64,000 nt of DNA from Candidatus Niyogibacteria bacterium (GCA_016432485.1 CP066691.1:11348-75347), one strand, 5' to 3'. Counted from the stretch's first letter, positions 29,668 to 39,392 are shown. Notes: a model not told the origin generated them from the letters alone. Numbers and translations are program-made.

Positions 29668-31184
29668 TGAGCAAGGATTTTTTTGTTTTTTTATGCGTCG
29701 TGCTGCTGCTTGCGGTTGTTTTGCATTTTGGCGCGGATAAATTTCCAGATCCGGATGTTTTTTATCATTTTCGCCACGCGGATTTATATTGGGAAAACAG
29801 CATCGCAATGTCCGGCTTCCCGTGGGTTTCTTTTTCGGTCATAAATGATTTTTCCTCCGATATTTGGTACGGCTTTCATTTTCTTTTGATTCCCTTTACA
29901 TGGTTTCAAAATGAAATTTTGGGACTGAATCTCGCGGGCGTTTTCGTAACGGCAGCCGCTCTTTTGATTTTTTACTTTGCCGTTAAAAAGGCGGGAATTT
30001 TTTGGCATTACTTCTGGCCGTTTTTCCTGCTTTTTTCATCACCTCTTGTTTTATATCGTTTCACAATGCTCCGCCCGCATCTTTTATCTCTCGCGTTGTC
30101 GGCATTATTTTTTGTTTTCGCCGTCCAGGGGTCTATTTGGGGTGTTTTTTGGGCGGGTTTTTTAATCGCCTTTTTTCATCTGGGTCTTTTCTGGGCGCCA
30201 GTTTTAATTTTTGGAATTGTCGCTCTTGTCAAATTTTTTTCAGAAAAAATAATAATATGGCGTTCCGGCGCGGCGCTTGCTCTAGGGCTTTTGCTTGGCT
30301 GGGTCTTACGTCCGAATCCTTTGGGCGCTTTGAAAATAGCAAAAACACAGATTTTTGACCTTCTTATTGCGCGTAAAGATGCCATTCCTCTTAATTTCGG
30401 AATGGAGCTTTCCCCTATGACTGTTTCCGGTCTCGCTGCCTTTTCAATTTTTACGATTTTTTGGCTTTCGGTGATGTTTATATTTTTTTGCGCGGTATTC
30501 AAAAAAAACCAAGTCGTGTCAAAGCGCCAATTCCTATTTTTATGGGCGGGACTTGTGCTTTCTTTAATTTTCTTTTTGCTAACCTTGTTTGTTGCTCAGC
30601 GCTCGTTTGATTTTTGGGTTATGTTCGGAGTTCTATTTATTGCCTTTGTTTTTACTTATTTTTTGAGAAAGGATTATTGGTACAAATACGCGCTCGCGGC
30701 CATTTTTTTGATCATGGTCATATATAGTTTTTACGGCTATCAGAAAAACATATCTCAATTCGGCTGGGATGCCGAAAGATTCAGGTCCGCTTCCGAATGG
30801 CTCAAAGAAAATTCTAAAGAAGGCGAAATTGTTTTTAACGTAGCGTGGGAATATTTTCCGGAACTCTTTTTTTGGAATACGCATAACCGATATATCAGCG
30901 GAATGGACCCGATTTTTCAGTATATTTATGACCCCGAGCTTTACTGGAAGGCGTATTATCTTGGAACCGGGCGTACGACCGGCTTCACTTGTGCTTCAAC
31001 ATTTTGCGAAGAAAAGGACTTTGAGGATACATACGCGGTTCTAAAAAACGATTTTGGCGCGTCTTTCGTTTTTCTTTCGCGCGCGTATGACGATAATTTA
31101 TACAATTATTTTTCAAACGATCAGCACTACTCGCTTGGATACGAAAATGCCGACTCCGCGGTTTTTAAAATAATAAAAAAATAA
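29667..31184 (+). CDS. Polytopic membrane protein, GT-C-like glycosyltransferase candidate
   Basis: DPD.FYH luminal motif, about 12 TM segments, soluble C-terminal domain. Confidence 0.55.
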   Translation: MSKDFFVFLCVVLLLAVVLHFGADKFPDPDVFYHFRHADLYWENSIAMSGFPWVSFSVINDFSSDIWYGFHFLLIPFTWFQNEILGLNLAGVFVTAAALLIFYFAVKKAGIFWHYFWPFFLLFSSPLVLYRFTMLRPHLLSLALSALFFVFAVQGSIWGVFWAGFLIAFFHLGLFWAPVLIFGIVALVKFFSEKIIIWRSGAALALGLLLGWVLRPNPLGALKIAKTQIFDLLIARKDAIPLNFGMELSPMTVSGLAAFSIFTIFWLSVMFIFFCAVFKKNQVVSKRQFLFLWAGLVLSLIFFLLTLFVAQRSFDFWVMFGVLFIAFVFTYFLRKDYWYKYALAAIFLIMVIYSFYGYQKNISQFGWDAERFRSASEWLKENSKEGEIVFNVAWEYFPELFFWNTHNRYISGMDPIFQYIYDPELYWKAYYLGTGRTTGFTCASTFCEEKDFEDTYAVLKNDFGASFVFLSRAYDDNLYNYFSNDQHYSLGYENADSAVFKIIKK

Positions 31185-31279
31185 CGAAGAAATAGAATGC
31201 GCGCCTTTAAAAATTCTTGAATTAATAATAAGATGATAGATTGTCAAATCGGCAAAAATAATTTATAATAAGTAATTAT

Positions 31280-31350
31280 TGCCGGGTCGTCTAACGGTAG
31301 GACATCGCCCTTTGGAGGCGAGTATCTTGGTTCGAATCCAAGCCCGGCAG
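31280..31350 (+). tRNA. tRNA-Gln(TTG), CCA not encoded
   Basis: TGCCGGG/CCCGGCA acceptor stem, anticodon arm with loop CTTTGGA, GTTCGAATC T-loop. Confidence 0.93.
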
Positions 31351-31422
31351 CAGCGAAAAGCGGCTATATTGCCTCGCGGCAGGCCGATTTAAGCAATCCC
31401 CAATTATTATTAGAATAAACAT

Positions 31423-32517
31423 ATGCAAAAACCACAATTTTTTAATAAAAAAGAAGAATTGCCGGCGGACGCGGAATTAATAGACGCGTTTGAAAGATCG
31501 TTAAAAGAGCTTTTTTTTGTCAGAAATCCGCGTTTTAAGAAAGGAATGCCGGGGGTAGACGAGGCGCTGGCAAAATTTATGCGCGATGACGCCAAAGCTG
31601 TAAACGGGGTGTATGTTTATTATCCGTGGCTCAAAAAGGCGATTTATTTGCCTGAAGAAAAAATTTATTTTGAACTTCGCACCGCGAGGAACAAAAACGT
31701 AATTCACGTCGATGAACAGGAAAAGTACCGCGACATAAAAATCGGAATTGCCGGAATGTCGGTCGGTTCAAATGTTGCTTCCACTCTCGCTTTGACCGGC
31801 GGGCCGAAAAATATGCGTCTGACCGATTTTGATGAAATTGAGGCGACCAATTTAAACCGAATCCGCGCCGGACTGCCGTCAATCGGCCAGAATAAAGCGA
31901 TATTTTTCGCCCAAAATATTTATGAACTTGACCCGTGGGCCGAATTGGATGTTTACGATAAAGGCGTCAATAAAGATAATCTGGAGGAATTCATAAGAGG
32001 GCTGGATATTTTTATTGACGAGATGGATTCCATTGAACTTAAAGTCCGCGCGCGCTTTATTGCCAAAAAAATCGGCATACCGGTTTTAATGGCGACCGAT
32101 AACGGCGACGGCGTTATCTTTGACGTTGAGCGCTACGACGAAAATCCCGATCAGGCGATTTTTAACGGCCGCGTTGAGATAACCGAAGAAGAACTGGCCA
32201 ATCTCAAAACTTTTCAGGATTGGATTAAAATCGCTTCAAAAATAGTTGGGGCGGAAGCTCATACGCCAAGAATGCTGGAATCGCTCTTGGAGCTCGGCAA
32301 GACAATTGCCGGCGTGCCGCAAATAGGTAGCGGCGCCTCAATGGCCGGGGCCGTCATAAGCTACGCTGTTCGCAAAATTGCCATCGGAGACCCAATGCCG
32401 TCCGGCCGTTATATAATAAGTTTGGATGAAAAAATAACTTTTGGTTATAATACCCCCGAAGGCCTAAAAAGCAGGGAAGAAGCGATCAAGGATTTTCTGT
32501 CAAAATTTGGGAAATAA
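31423..32517 (+). CDS. ThiF-family adenylyltransferase, Rv1355c/MoeY-like
   Basis: VYYPW...ELRTARNK...EQ; GIAGMSVGS; DFDEIEATNLNR; KVRAR..A....IPVLM.TD; DVERYD. Confidence 0.8.
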   Translation: MQKPQFFNKKEELPADAELIDAFERSLKELFFVRNPRFKKGMPGVDEALAKFMRDDAKAVNGVYVYYPWLKKAIYLPEEKIYFELRTARNKNVIHVDEQEKYRDIKIGIAGMSVGSNVASTLALTGGPKNMRLTDFDEIEATNLNRIRAGLPSIGQNKAIFFAQNIYELDPWAELDVYDKGVNKDNLEEFIRGLDIFIDEMDSIELKVRARFIAKKIGIPVLMATDNGDGVIFDVERYDENPDQAIFNGRVEITEEELANLKTFQDWIKIASKIVGAEAHTPRMLESLLELGKTIAGVPQIGSGASMAGAVISYAVRKIAIGDPMPSGRYIISLDEKITFGYNTPEGLKSREEAIKDFLSKFGK

Positions 32518-32642
32518 CAAGCAATATATAAAATAGTATATATAAAAGAAAACAGTAATATATAATAGTATATATAAAAGTAATGATGTTTAAAGTAAGT
32601 TTAAAATATTAAATGTATGTCTAAAGCATGTTTAAAGTATTA

Positions 32643-32680
32643 ATGTTTATAAATACCACGATCGTGTCATTTATAAACAT
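32643..32680. repeat. Palindrome with CACGATCGTG core downstream of the PaaX-like gene
   Basis: atgtttataaat-ac-cacgatcgtg-tc-atttataaacat; related core at 33315-33334. Confidence 0.75.
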
Positions 32681-32709
32681 ACGCGTCATTTCTAAACTCT
32701 AAACATAGA

Positions 32710-33306
32710 TTATTTGTCGCCAAAAAAATATTCTTTTAATTCGTTTTCTCGGTCCAGATTTTCCAATATACCAATGCGAACAAAAGGCAAAAGCGCTGGA
32801 TCAACGATTTCTTTCCAGAAGTCTTCCGGGATCGGCAGGGGATGGATCCAGACGCTTTTTTGAATAGGGTAAAAATTAAGGGTTTTTAATTCTGTTCTTA
32901 AAAAGTCGCGATATTTCCTTAGACGTTCCGGAATGTCAAAAATTATTATTCTCCACTTGCCGTCCCAGTCGTATTTTGACGGTCCTATAAAAAAATCGGC
33001 AAACTCAAGTATGGTGCGAAAAATTTTGCTTTTTTTCTTGCCTTCGCGAGTAAGGATAAAATTTTGTTCCCCATCTTTTTTGTAATGTTTGACCAGACCC
33101 TTTTTGCGCAGTTGGTAAAGGCCTTGATAGACGGACCTTTTTCCGGCTTTTATGTTTCCGTGTTCGCAGAAAGTGTGATAATAGGGATGCGGCCAAAATG
33201 CCTTTGCGGTTCCCGTGGTTATATCTCCCAGTATAGCCAGCAGTGTTTTTATGAGAGTAATAGCGGGGAAGCGTCTTTTCGAGAAGGTTTTTTTGTGTTT
33301 ATTCAT
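32710..33306 (-). CDS. PaaX-like transcriptional regulator (wHTH plus Cas2-like ferredoxin domain)
   Basis: LYQLRKKGLV...LTREG; WDGKWRIIIFDIPE..R..R..LR..L...F..IQKSVW. Confidence 0.75.
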   Translation of the reverse strand: MNKHKKTFSKRRFPAITLIKTLLAILGDITTGTAKAFWPHPYYHTFCEHGNIKAGKRSVYQGLYQLRKKGLVKHYKKDGEQNFILTREGKKKSKIFRTILEFADFFIGPSKYDWDGKWRIIIFDIPERLRKYRDFLRTELKTLNFYPIQKSVWIHPLPIPEDFWKEIVDPALLPFVRIGILENLDRENELKEYFFGDK

Positions 33307-33344
33307 ATGTTTAATTTTACTACGATCGTGAAAAAATCAAACAC

Positions 33345-33373
33345 TTGACAAAGTATGAGAATAAGAGTACGAT
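33345..33373 (+). promoter_or_regulatory. Sigma70 promoter of the solitary hypothetical gene
   Basis: TTGACA-N17-TACGAT. Confidence 0.65.
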
Positions 33374-33441
33374 AAAGATTGAATAAATAAGGCTCTTTCA
33401 ACTTTCACAGCACTTTCAATTTTCACAAGGGAGGAAACAAG

Positions 33442-33930
33442 ATGACGCGCTTGGCGTGGTTCGCGATTTTGTTTGTCGGTTTTATAGTGGGTTGGGCTGC
33501 TTCAAATGTGTTTCCTCTGCCGTTTCCGGACCGAGGGCACCGTCTTTTCGGGGTTCGCGATGAAAAAGCGGCAGAGGCGGTGATAGCGGTACTCGAAGAG
33601 AACGGGCTTAGGAAGAAATGGGCCTTTGACGCCGAGCCGACGCACCAGGTTGTGATGAGTGACAACATGACTGTCATTGCCTGGTTTGACGAAGCGGCTT
33701 CTAAGCTGCCCAAGAACGCCATCTCGGTGGCGGTAGATAATCCGCGTAGCAGCGCTGCCCGCGCTGTGGCGATCTTGCGGATGAAAAGATACGAGGCATC
33801 TTTCAGCCAGCCCATGAAAGACCTGCCGGATAACACGTTGTATCTGGTCAAGACCGATGCCATGCCTTACAGCGGGCTGGTTTTCCGAAAGCCTTTTTGG
33901 AAGATGCCATCGCCTAGAATCAGGAAATAG
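33442..33930 (+). CDS. Hypothetical membrane-anchored protein
   Basis: GGGAGG RBS, N-terminal TM segment, own promoter and terminator (33944-33975); higher GC than neighbours. Confidence 0.65.
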   Translation: MTRLAWFAILFVGFIVGWAASNVFPLPFPDRGHRLFGVRDEKAAEAVIAVLEENGLRKKWAFDAEPTHQVVMSDNMTVIAWFDEAASKLPKNAISVAVDNPRSSAARAVAILRMKRYEASFSQPMKDLPDNTLYLVKTDAMPYSGLVFRKPFWKMPSPRIRK

Positions 33931-34013
33931 GTGATGGCGAATCAAAAGCTGGGTACGCGAGTATCCAGCTTTTTTCATTTTTCTGTTATAATTAGTTTAT
34001 TAAAATCAGACAG

Positions 34014-35072
34014 ATGGTTGATAGAGAAACAATAACCAAAATAATAGAATACGGCTCTTACGCGCCTTCGGGGGATAATTCCCAGCCGTGGAGGTTTGAG
34101 ATTGAAGGAAATAAAATCAATATTTTTAATATCCCGGGCAAAGATAACCCTATTTTAAATGTGCGAAACAGCGGTTCGTATGTTGCTCACGGGGCCCTGA
34201 TTGAAAATATGCTGATTGCCGCTTCACAAATGGGCTTTACGGCCGATTTAAAAATTTTCCCGCAAGGCATTTCCGATTTGGTTTCAAGTATTACACTTTC
34301 GCCCTCTAGCGCCAAAAGCGAGCCGCTTTTTCCGTTTATCAAAGAGCGCGCCACGAACCGCAAGCCGTATAAAAAAATTCCGCTTTCCGAAGCCGAAAAA
34401 GAAGTTTTGCTTTCGGCCGGCTCCGCGATTCCCGGCTGCGAGCTCAAATTGGTTGAAGAGCGGGAAATGATAAGAACCGTAGCCGAAGCCATGAGCGTTA
34501 CCGAAAGAGTGGCTCTGGAAACTATGGCCCTGCACAACCTTTTTTTCAAAAGCATTTTTTGGGATGAGACAAAAAATAAAAGAGGAGAGTCGGGCCTTTA
34601 CATAAAAACACTGGAAGTTCCGCCGCCGGTTCGGGTCATTTTTAAAATGATAAAGAAATGGCCGGTTATGCGTTTTTTTAACGCGTTTGGTTTCAATAAA
34701 TTGGCGGCTAAAGGCAATGCCGCGCTTTACGCTCAATCCGCCGCCCATGGCGCGATAATTATTGAAGATGAAAGTCAAAACTTTGTCGCCGCCGGCCGCG
34801 TCTTTCAAAGGGCGTGGCTTGAAGCAACCCGGCTCGGATTATCTCTACAGCCGGTTACCGGAACGCTTTTTTTGGCCAGGCGCGTTGAGGGCCGTGAAGA
34901 TAATCCTTTCAGCGAAAAAAACTCCGACCTTATACGCAAGGCGTCTCAAAAAATATCTTTTATTTTCGGCATAAACGGCTCTAGGGTCGCGGCCATGCTT
35001 TTTAGAATCGGCAGAGCCGATTCTCCCAGCGCCAGATCCGGACGCAAGATACCGGAGGTAATTTTCAAATAA
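34014..35072 (+). CDS. Nitroreductase-fold (Acg-like) FMN-binding oxidoreductase
   Basis: APSGDNSQPWRF, GALIEN, RATNRKPY, AGRVFQRAWL.AT..GL..QP, FRIG. Confidence 0.82.
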   Translation: MVDRETITKIIEYGSYAPSGDNSQPWRFEIEGNKINIFNIPGKDNPILNVRNSGSYVAHGALIENMLIAASQMGFTADLKIFPQGISDLVSSITLSPSSAKSEPLFPFIKERATNRKPYKKIPLSEAEKEVLLSAGSAIPGCELKLVEEREMIRTVAEAMSVTERVALETMALHNLFFKSIFWDETKNKRGESGLYIKTLEVPPPVRVIFKMIKKWPVMRFFNAFGFNKLAAKGNAALYAQSAAHGAIIIEDESQNFVAAGRVFQRAWLEATRLGLSLQPVTGTLFLARRVEGREDNPFSEKNSDLIRKASQKISFIFGINGSRVAAMLFRIGRADSPSARSGRKIPEVIFK

Positions 35073-36697
35073 TGAGTTTTAATTTTTTTCAAAATCTGGA
35101 CCTTTTGTCGGTGGGCGTGGCCGTGGCCGCCATCGGCATTTTGGGTTTTGTCGTATATTTGAATAACCGCCGCAGCATAACCAGCCGGACTTTTTTGTTT
35201 TTTTCCGTCATCACTATTTTTTGGAGCATCGCCAATTATTTGCAATACAACATCGCGAATCCGGCGGTCTCTTTTTGGATGCTGAAATTGGTGGTTTTTT
35301 TCGCGGTGTGGCACGCTTTTTTAATTTTCCGGCTTTTTTATGTTTTTCCCGAGGATGCCGTTATTTTTCCAAAAAGTTATAAGACCGCTCTTTTGCCCCT
35401 AGTTATCGCGACTTCCGTCATCGTTTTGACTCCTTTGGTTTTTGAAAGTATCGCCGAGGTTTCAGCGGATGGCGCCATAGCCAGAGTCAACAACGGTCCG
35501 GCCATAGCTTTATTTTCGGCCATTGTCGTAAGTTTGATTTTCGCCGCGGTTTTTTTGCTGGTTAAAAAAACTTTTTTGGCTAAAAAAGGCAAAAAAAGCC
35601 AATTCGTATGGGTGCTAACCGGAACATTTTTGACTTTCACGCTTCTTTTGATTTTTAATTTTGTTTTGCCGGCATTTTTTAACCGTCCCGATTTTATTCC
35701 TTTAGGCCCGGTTTTTTTGCTGCCGTTCGCGATCTTTACTTTTTACGCCATATTGAAGCATAAACTTCTGGATATAAAAGTCATTTCCACCGAAGTAGTC
35801 GCTTTTTTTCTGGTGATCGCCGCTTTTTCGCAGATTCTTCTTTCAAAATCGGCGGGGGAGACCATTTTTCAGGTTTCGGTTTTCATATTACTTTTGATCT
35901 TCAGCATTCTCTTGATAAGAAGCGTGATGCGCGAAGTCCGTCAGCGCGAGGAGCTTCAGGAATTGACCAAAAAACTTGAATCGGCTAACGCCGAATTGAG
36001 AAAATTAGACCAACTGAAATCCGACTTTTTGTCTTTCGCCACTCATCAGCTTCGTTCCCCCCTGTCCATAACCAAGGGCTACATATCAATGATTATTGAG
36101 GGTTCTTTCGGCCAAGCAAGCGATATGATTATTGAAAGATTGAAAAGGGTTTACGAGTCCAATGAACGGCTTATTAAACTTGTTGACGATTTTTTAAACC
36201 TTTCGCGCATAGAACAAGGCAGGATGAGCTACGATTTCAGCCGCGCTTCGCTTGACGAGATCGCGGAAGAGGTGGTTGGAGAATTAACGGAAGCGGCCAA
36301 GAAAAAAGGGCTTGAGCTTCTGTGGCAAAAACCCATTCCGCCGCTGCCGCAAACAGTTCTGGACAGTTCAAAAATACACGAAGTTATTTATAATTTGGTT
36401 GATAATGCCATTAAATACACTCAAAGGGGAAAAGTGGCGCTTAAGGCCGAAAAATCGGGAATTTTTTTGCGCTTGTCAGTGAGCGACACCGGCATCGGAC
36501 TCAACGAAGAGGATAGGGGGCGTCTTTTTGAGCGTTTCAGTCGGACTGAACGCGGCTATCGAGCCAACGCGCAAGGGCACGGCATAGGGCTTTATGTCGC
36601 GCGCTATATTATTGAAGCCCACGGAGGAAAAATTTGGGCCGAATCACCCGGGTTGGGACAAGGCAGCGTTTTTCGCGTTGAATTGCCGATTAAATGA
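35072..36697 (+). CDS. Sensor histidine kinase with N-terminal 7TM-type membrane domain
   Basis: Multiple TM helices; H-box FATHQLRSPL, NLVDNAIKYT, DTGIG, GHGIGL; translationally coupled to the nitroreductase. Confidence 0.9.
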   Translation: MSFNFFQNLDLLSVGVAVAAIGILGFVVYLNNRRSITSRTFLFFSVITIFWSIANYLQYNIANPAVSFWMLKLVVFFAVWHAFLIFRLFYVFPEDAVIFPKSYKTALLPLVIATSVIVLTPLVFESIAEVSADGAIARVNNGPAIALFSAIVVSLIFAAVFLLVKKTFLAKKGKKSQFVWVLTGTFLTFTLLLIFNFVLPAFFNRPDFIPLGPVFLLPFAIFTFYAILKHKLLDIKVISTEVVAFFLVIAAFSQILLSKSAGETIFQVSVFILLLIFSILLIRSVMREVRQREELQELTKKLESANAELRKLDQLKSDFLSFATHQLRSPLSITKGYISMIIEGSFGQASDMIIERLKRVYESNERLIKLVDDFLNLSRIEQGRMSYDFSRASLDEIAEEVVGELTEAAKKKGLELLWQKPIPPLPQTVLDSSKIHEVIYNLVDNAIKYTQRGKVALKAEKSGIFLRLSVSDTGIGLNEEDRGRLFERFSRTERGYRANAQGHGIGLYVARYIIEAHGGKIWAESPGLGQGSVFRVELPIK

Positions 36698-36864
36698 GTA
36701 ATTTCTAATTGATCTTAAAAAATTAACCTAATTACTCTAATTTACCTAATTAATCTAAAAAATATCCAAGCACTAAATCCTAAAAATTGGACATTAGGGT
36801 TTGGGATTTGTTTAGAATAATTAGAGCAATTAGAAATTAGAAATTTCGATGTTATACTGATTTT

Positions 36865-38292
36865 ATGTCAGAAAGGACACTAACCAAGGATATTCCAAAT
36901 AAAGTTGGTGAGATCGTAAAATTAATGGGCTGGGTTGATGTCAGACGCGACCATGGCAAGCTGATTTTTATTGATTTACGCGACCGCTGGGGCAAGGTTC
37001 AGATTGTTTTTAACCCTAAAGACGCCGAACTGCTGAAACTGGCCGACAAACTCCGCTCGGAGTGGGTGGTGGCTATTGAAGGCGAAGTTAAGGAAAGGCC
37101 TAAAGGAATGGAAAATCCCGAACTGCCAACGGGCAAAGTTGAAATTGAAGCAAAACGGCTTGAAATATTGTCTGAAGCCAAAACTCCGCCTTTTGACATT
37201 TCGGGCGCCGGTTTTGATGTCGGCGAAGATAATCGGCTGAAATATCGCTATCTGGATTTGCGAAGAGCGCGCTTGCAAAAAAATCTTTCTTTGAGGGCCG
37301 ATACAATTTCATTCATGCGCGAATATTTGCGCGGCTTTGATTTTACGGAAGTTGAAACGCCTATTTTAACCAAGTCCACTCCGGAAGGCGCGAGAGATTA
37401 TGTCGTGCCTTCGCGGCTGCAGCCAGGAAATTTTTACGCTCTTCCGCAGTCGCCCCAGCAGTATAAACAGCTTTTAATGGTCGCGGGGCTTGAAAGATAT
37501 TTTCAGATTGCCAGGGCTTTTCGCGATGAAGACACAAGAGGCGACAGACAGCCGGAATTTTCACAGCTTGATTTGGAAATGAGCTTTGTTTCCCCGGAAG
37601 ACGTGATGGGCGTTATAGAAGGTCTTTTTGTCAAACTTGTAGAAAAACTTTTTCCGGATAAAAGAATATCCAAAAAGCCATTCCCTTTAATCTCTTATAA
37701 AACGGCGAAAGAAATTTATAGAAGCGATAGGCCGGATTTGAGGGAAAATAAAGACGACCAAAACGAGCTTGCGTTTGCTTTTGTCGTTGATTTTCCTATG
37801 TTTGAAAAAGGGGAGGGCGGCGGCTGGGGAGCGACACATCATCCGTTTACTAAAATTCGCCGCGGCGAAAGTGGAGACGAAGGAGTTTTATCGGCGCTTA
37901 AGGGTCCGCTTGAAAACATTTTCTCGGAACAATACGATATTGTGTTAAACGGCAACGAAATTGGCGGGGGATCAATCAGAGAACATAAGCCAGAAATATT
38001 GGAGGCGGTTTTTATCGCTTTGGGGCATAAAAAAGCGGAGGTCAGAGAAAAATTCGGGCATCTGCTTGAGGCCTTTGAATACGGTGTTCCGCCTCACGGG
38101 GGGATAGCCATCGGTCTTGAACGGCTGATAATGATTTTGGCCGGCGAACCCAATATCCGAGAAGTAATCGCTTTCCCTAAAACAGGCGACGGCCGGGATT
38201 TGATGATGTCAGCACCGTCGGAATTGGATAAAAAACAGCTGGACGAGCTCGGGTTGAATATAAAAAGAAAGAAAAACAAGCGAAGCGTATAA
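36865..38292 (+). CDS. aspS: Aspartate--tRNA ligase (short, lacking most of the GAD insertion; probably non-discriminating)
   Basis: RRDHGKLIFIDLRD, LKYRYLDLR, TPEGARDY, FRDED.R.DRQPEF, PPHGGIA.GLER. Confidence 0.93.
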   Translation: MSERTLTKDIPNKVGEIVKLMGWVDVRRDHGKLIFIDLRDRWGKVQIVFNPKDAELLKLADKLRSEWVVAIEGEVKERPKGMENPELPTGKVEIEAKRLEILSEAKTPPFDISGAGFDVGEDNRLKYRYLDLRRARLQKNLSLRADTISFMREYLRGFDFTEVETPILTKSTPEGARDYVVPSRLQPGNFYALPQSPQQYKQLLMVAGLERYFQIARAFRDEDTRGDRQPEFSQLDLEMSFVSPEDVMGVIEGLFVKLVEKLFPDKRISKKPFPLISYKTAKEIYRSDRPDLRENKDDQNELAFAFVVDFPMFEKGEGGGWGATHHPFTKIRRGESGDEGVLSALKGPLENIFSEQYDIVLNGNEIGGGSIREHKPEILEAVFIALGHKKAEVREKFGHLLEAFEYGVPPHGGIAIGLERLIMILAGEPNIREVIAFPKTGDGRDLMMSAPSELDKKQLDELGLNIKRKKNKRSV

Positions 38293-38385
38293 AATTGGCG
38301 ACCTTGCGCGAGCGCAGTCCCGCACTGAACCGCAAGGTTCTAGTACGGGAGAAAAAATAGTTCCGTAGCTTTAGCGAAGGAGGAT

Positions 38386-38406
38386 AAGAAGTGTCATGGA
38401 GCGTAA
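38386..38406 (+). repeat. SEC-C-tail-like repeat copy 1 (KKCHGA*)
   Basis: aag aag tgt cat gga gcg taa; related copies at 38751, 39541 and 40056-40114. Confidence 0.7.
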
Positions 38407-38410
38407 GAAC

Positions 38411-38746
38411 ATGAAAACATTAAAATTTAGACACAATTTAGTTCAGAAAGTGTTGGATGGCAGTAAAACTGTTACATGGCGGCTTTTCGATGATAAGAAT
38501 ATACAAGTAGGAGATCAAATTGAGCTTATTGATTGGGAATCAGGAGGAAAGTTTGCCGAGGCGAAAATTACAGGAGTGCGAGAAAAAAAGCTGGGCGAGA
38601 TAGAGGAAAAAGATTTTGAAGGGCATGAAAAATATCAGAGCAATGAGGAAATGCTGGAGCATTACAAGAAATACTATGAGGAAAAGGTTGATATGAACAC
38701 AGAAGTTAAAATAATTGATTTTAAACTCCTGCGCGATAGTCAATAA
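38411..38746 (+). CDS. ASCH/PUA-like domain protein
   Basis: LKF....V..VL.GSKTVTWRL.D....GD ASCH signature. Confidence 0.75.
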   Translation: MKTLKFRHNLVQKVLDGSKTVTWRLFDDKNIQVGDQIELIDWESGGKFAEAKITGVREKKLGEIEEKDFEGHEKYQSNEEMLEHYKKYYEEKVDMNTEVKIIDFKLLRDSQ

Positions 38747-38750
38747 GTAA

Positions 38751-38771
38751 CAGAAGTGCCATGGGAGATGA
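38751..38771 (+). repeat. SEC-C-tail-like repeat copy 2 (QKCHGR*)
   Basis: cag aag tgc cat ggg aga tga. Confidence 0.6.
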
Positions 38772-38777
38772 GACAAG

Positions 38778-38806
38778 AAAAAAGGAGCCCCATCGAGCAG
38801 GGCTCC
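38778..38806 (-). terminator. Intrinsic terminator of the minus-strand two-gene cassette
   Basis: ggagccc/gggctcc stem followed by T6 on the minus strand. Confidence 0.7.
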
Positions 38807-38829
38807 ACGGGGCGAAGCTGAGATTACAA

Positions 38830-39111
38830 CTAGGCAACTAGAAGATCATTCACGACCTTGTCATAGAAAGACCGTGCCAGCTTCTGATCGTGAGCTATGG
38901 AGGAGTAATTGACTCCCGAGGCGTGAACTGAGACGAAAATCGTCCCACGATACTCCCTCATACCGACATAATGCTGGGAGTCAGGGGGCGCAACGATTTG
39001 AAATCCGTCGTTCGTCAACAGGGGTCGAGTGATTGCCTCGAGAATTTCGTCGTCCCACGGCTCGATCATAGACAGCGCAGACTCGTAAATGAAACGAACG
39101 ATTTTCTTCAC
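38830..39111 (-). CDS. Hypothetical protein (93 aa)
   Basis: AGGAGGT RBS before GTG; terminator downstream. Confidence 0.6.
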   Translation of the reverse strand: MKKIVRFIYESALSMIEPWDDEILEAITRPLLTNDGFQIVAPPDSQHYVGMREYRGTIFVSVHASGVNYSSIAHDQKLARSFYDKVVNDLLVA

Positions 39112-39155
39112 GCGACACCTCCTTTTAAAAGATTGGTTGAATCGATTAGAGATGC

Positions 39156-39392
39156 TCAGTTCTCGAAGCGTCGAACGAGTCCCTGGAGTTCCCCAGACGC
39201 CATGTGTACGAGCATCACAGCGCGAGACTTTTCATAACCCTGACTCATCAAGTCTTGAGCTGTCTGCATATGTGCTTTGGCGTCATGTGGCTTCCAGCCG
39301 GCATCCTGTAACATCAGGACCACGAGTTGGAACTCGTCCTCGTCGACTCGCAAGCTCGACACATCCCACTCCAATCTGATTTCTTTCGCCAT
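39156..39392 (-). CDS. Hypothetical protein (78 aa)
   Basis: AGGGGGTG RBS; promoter at 39441-39469. Confidence 0.6.
   Translation of the reverse strand: MAKEIRLEWDVSSLRVDEDEFQLVVLMLQDAGWKPHDAKAHMQTAQDLMSQGYEKSRAVMLVHMASGELQGLVRRFEN

Noticed and set aside
32710-33306. CRISPR-Cas locus (Cas2-like C-terminal domain)
   Set aside because: No cas1 or other cas genes and no repeat-spacer array; the wHTH plus WDGKW architecture fits PaaX-like proteins
31280-36697. tRNA-anchored integrative island or prophage
   Set aside because: No integrase and no duplicated tRNA 3' end found by eye
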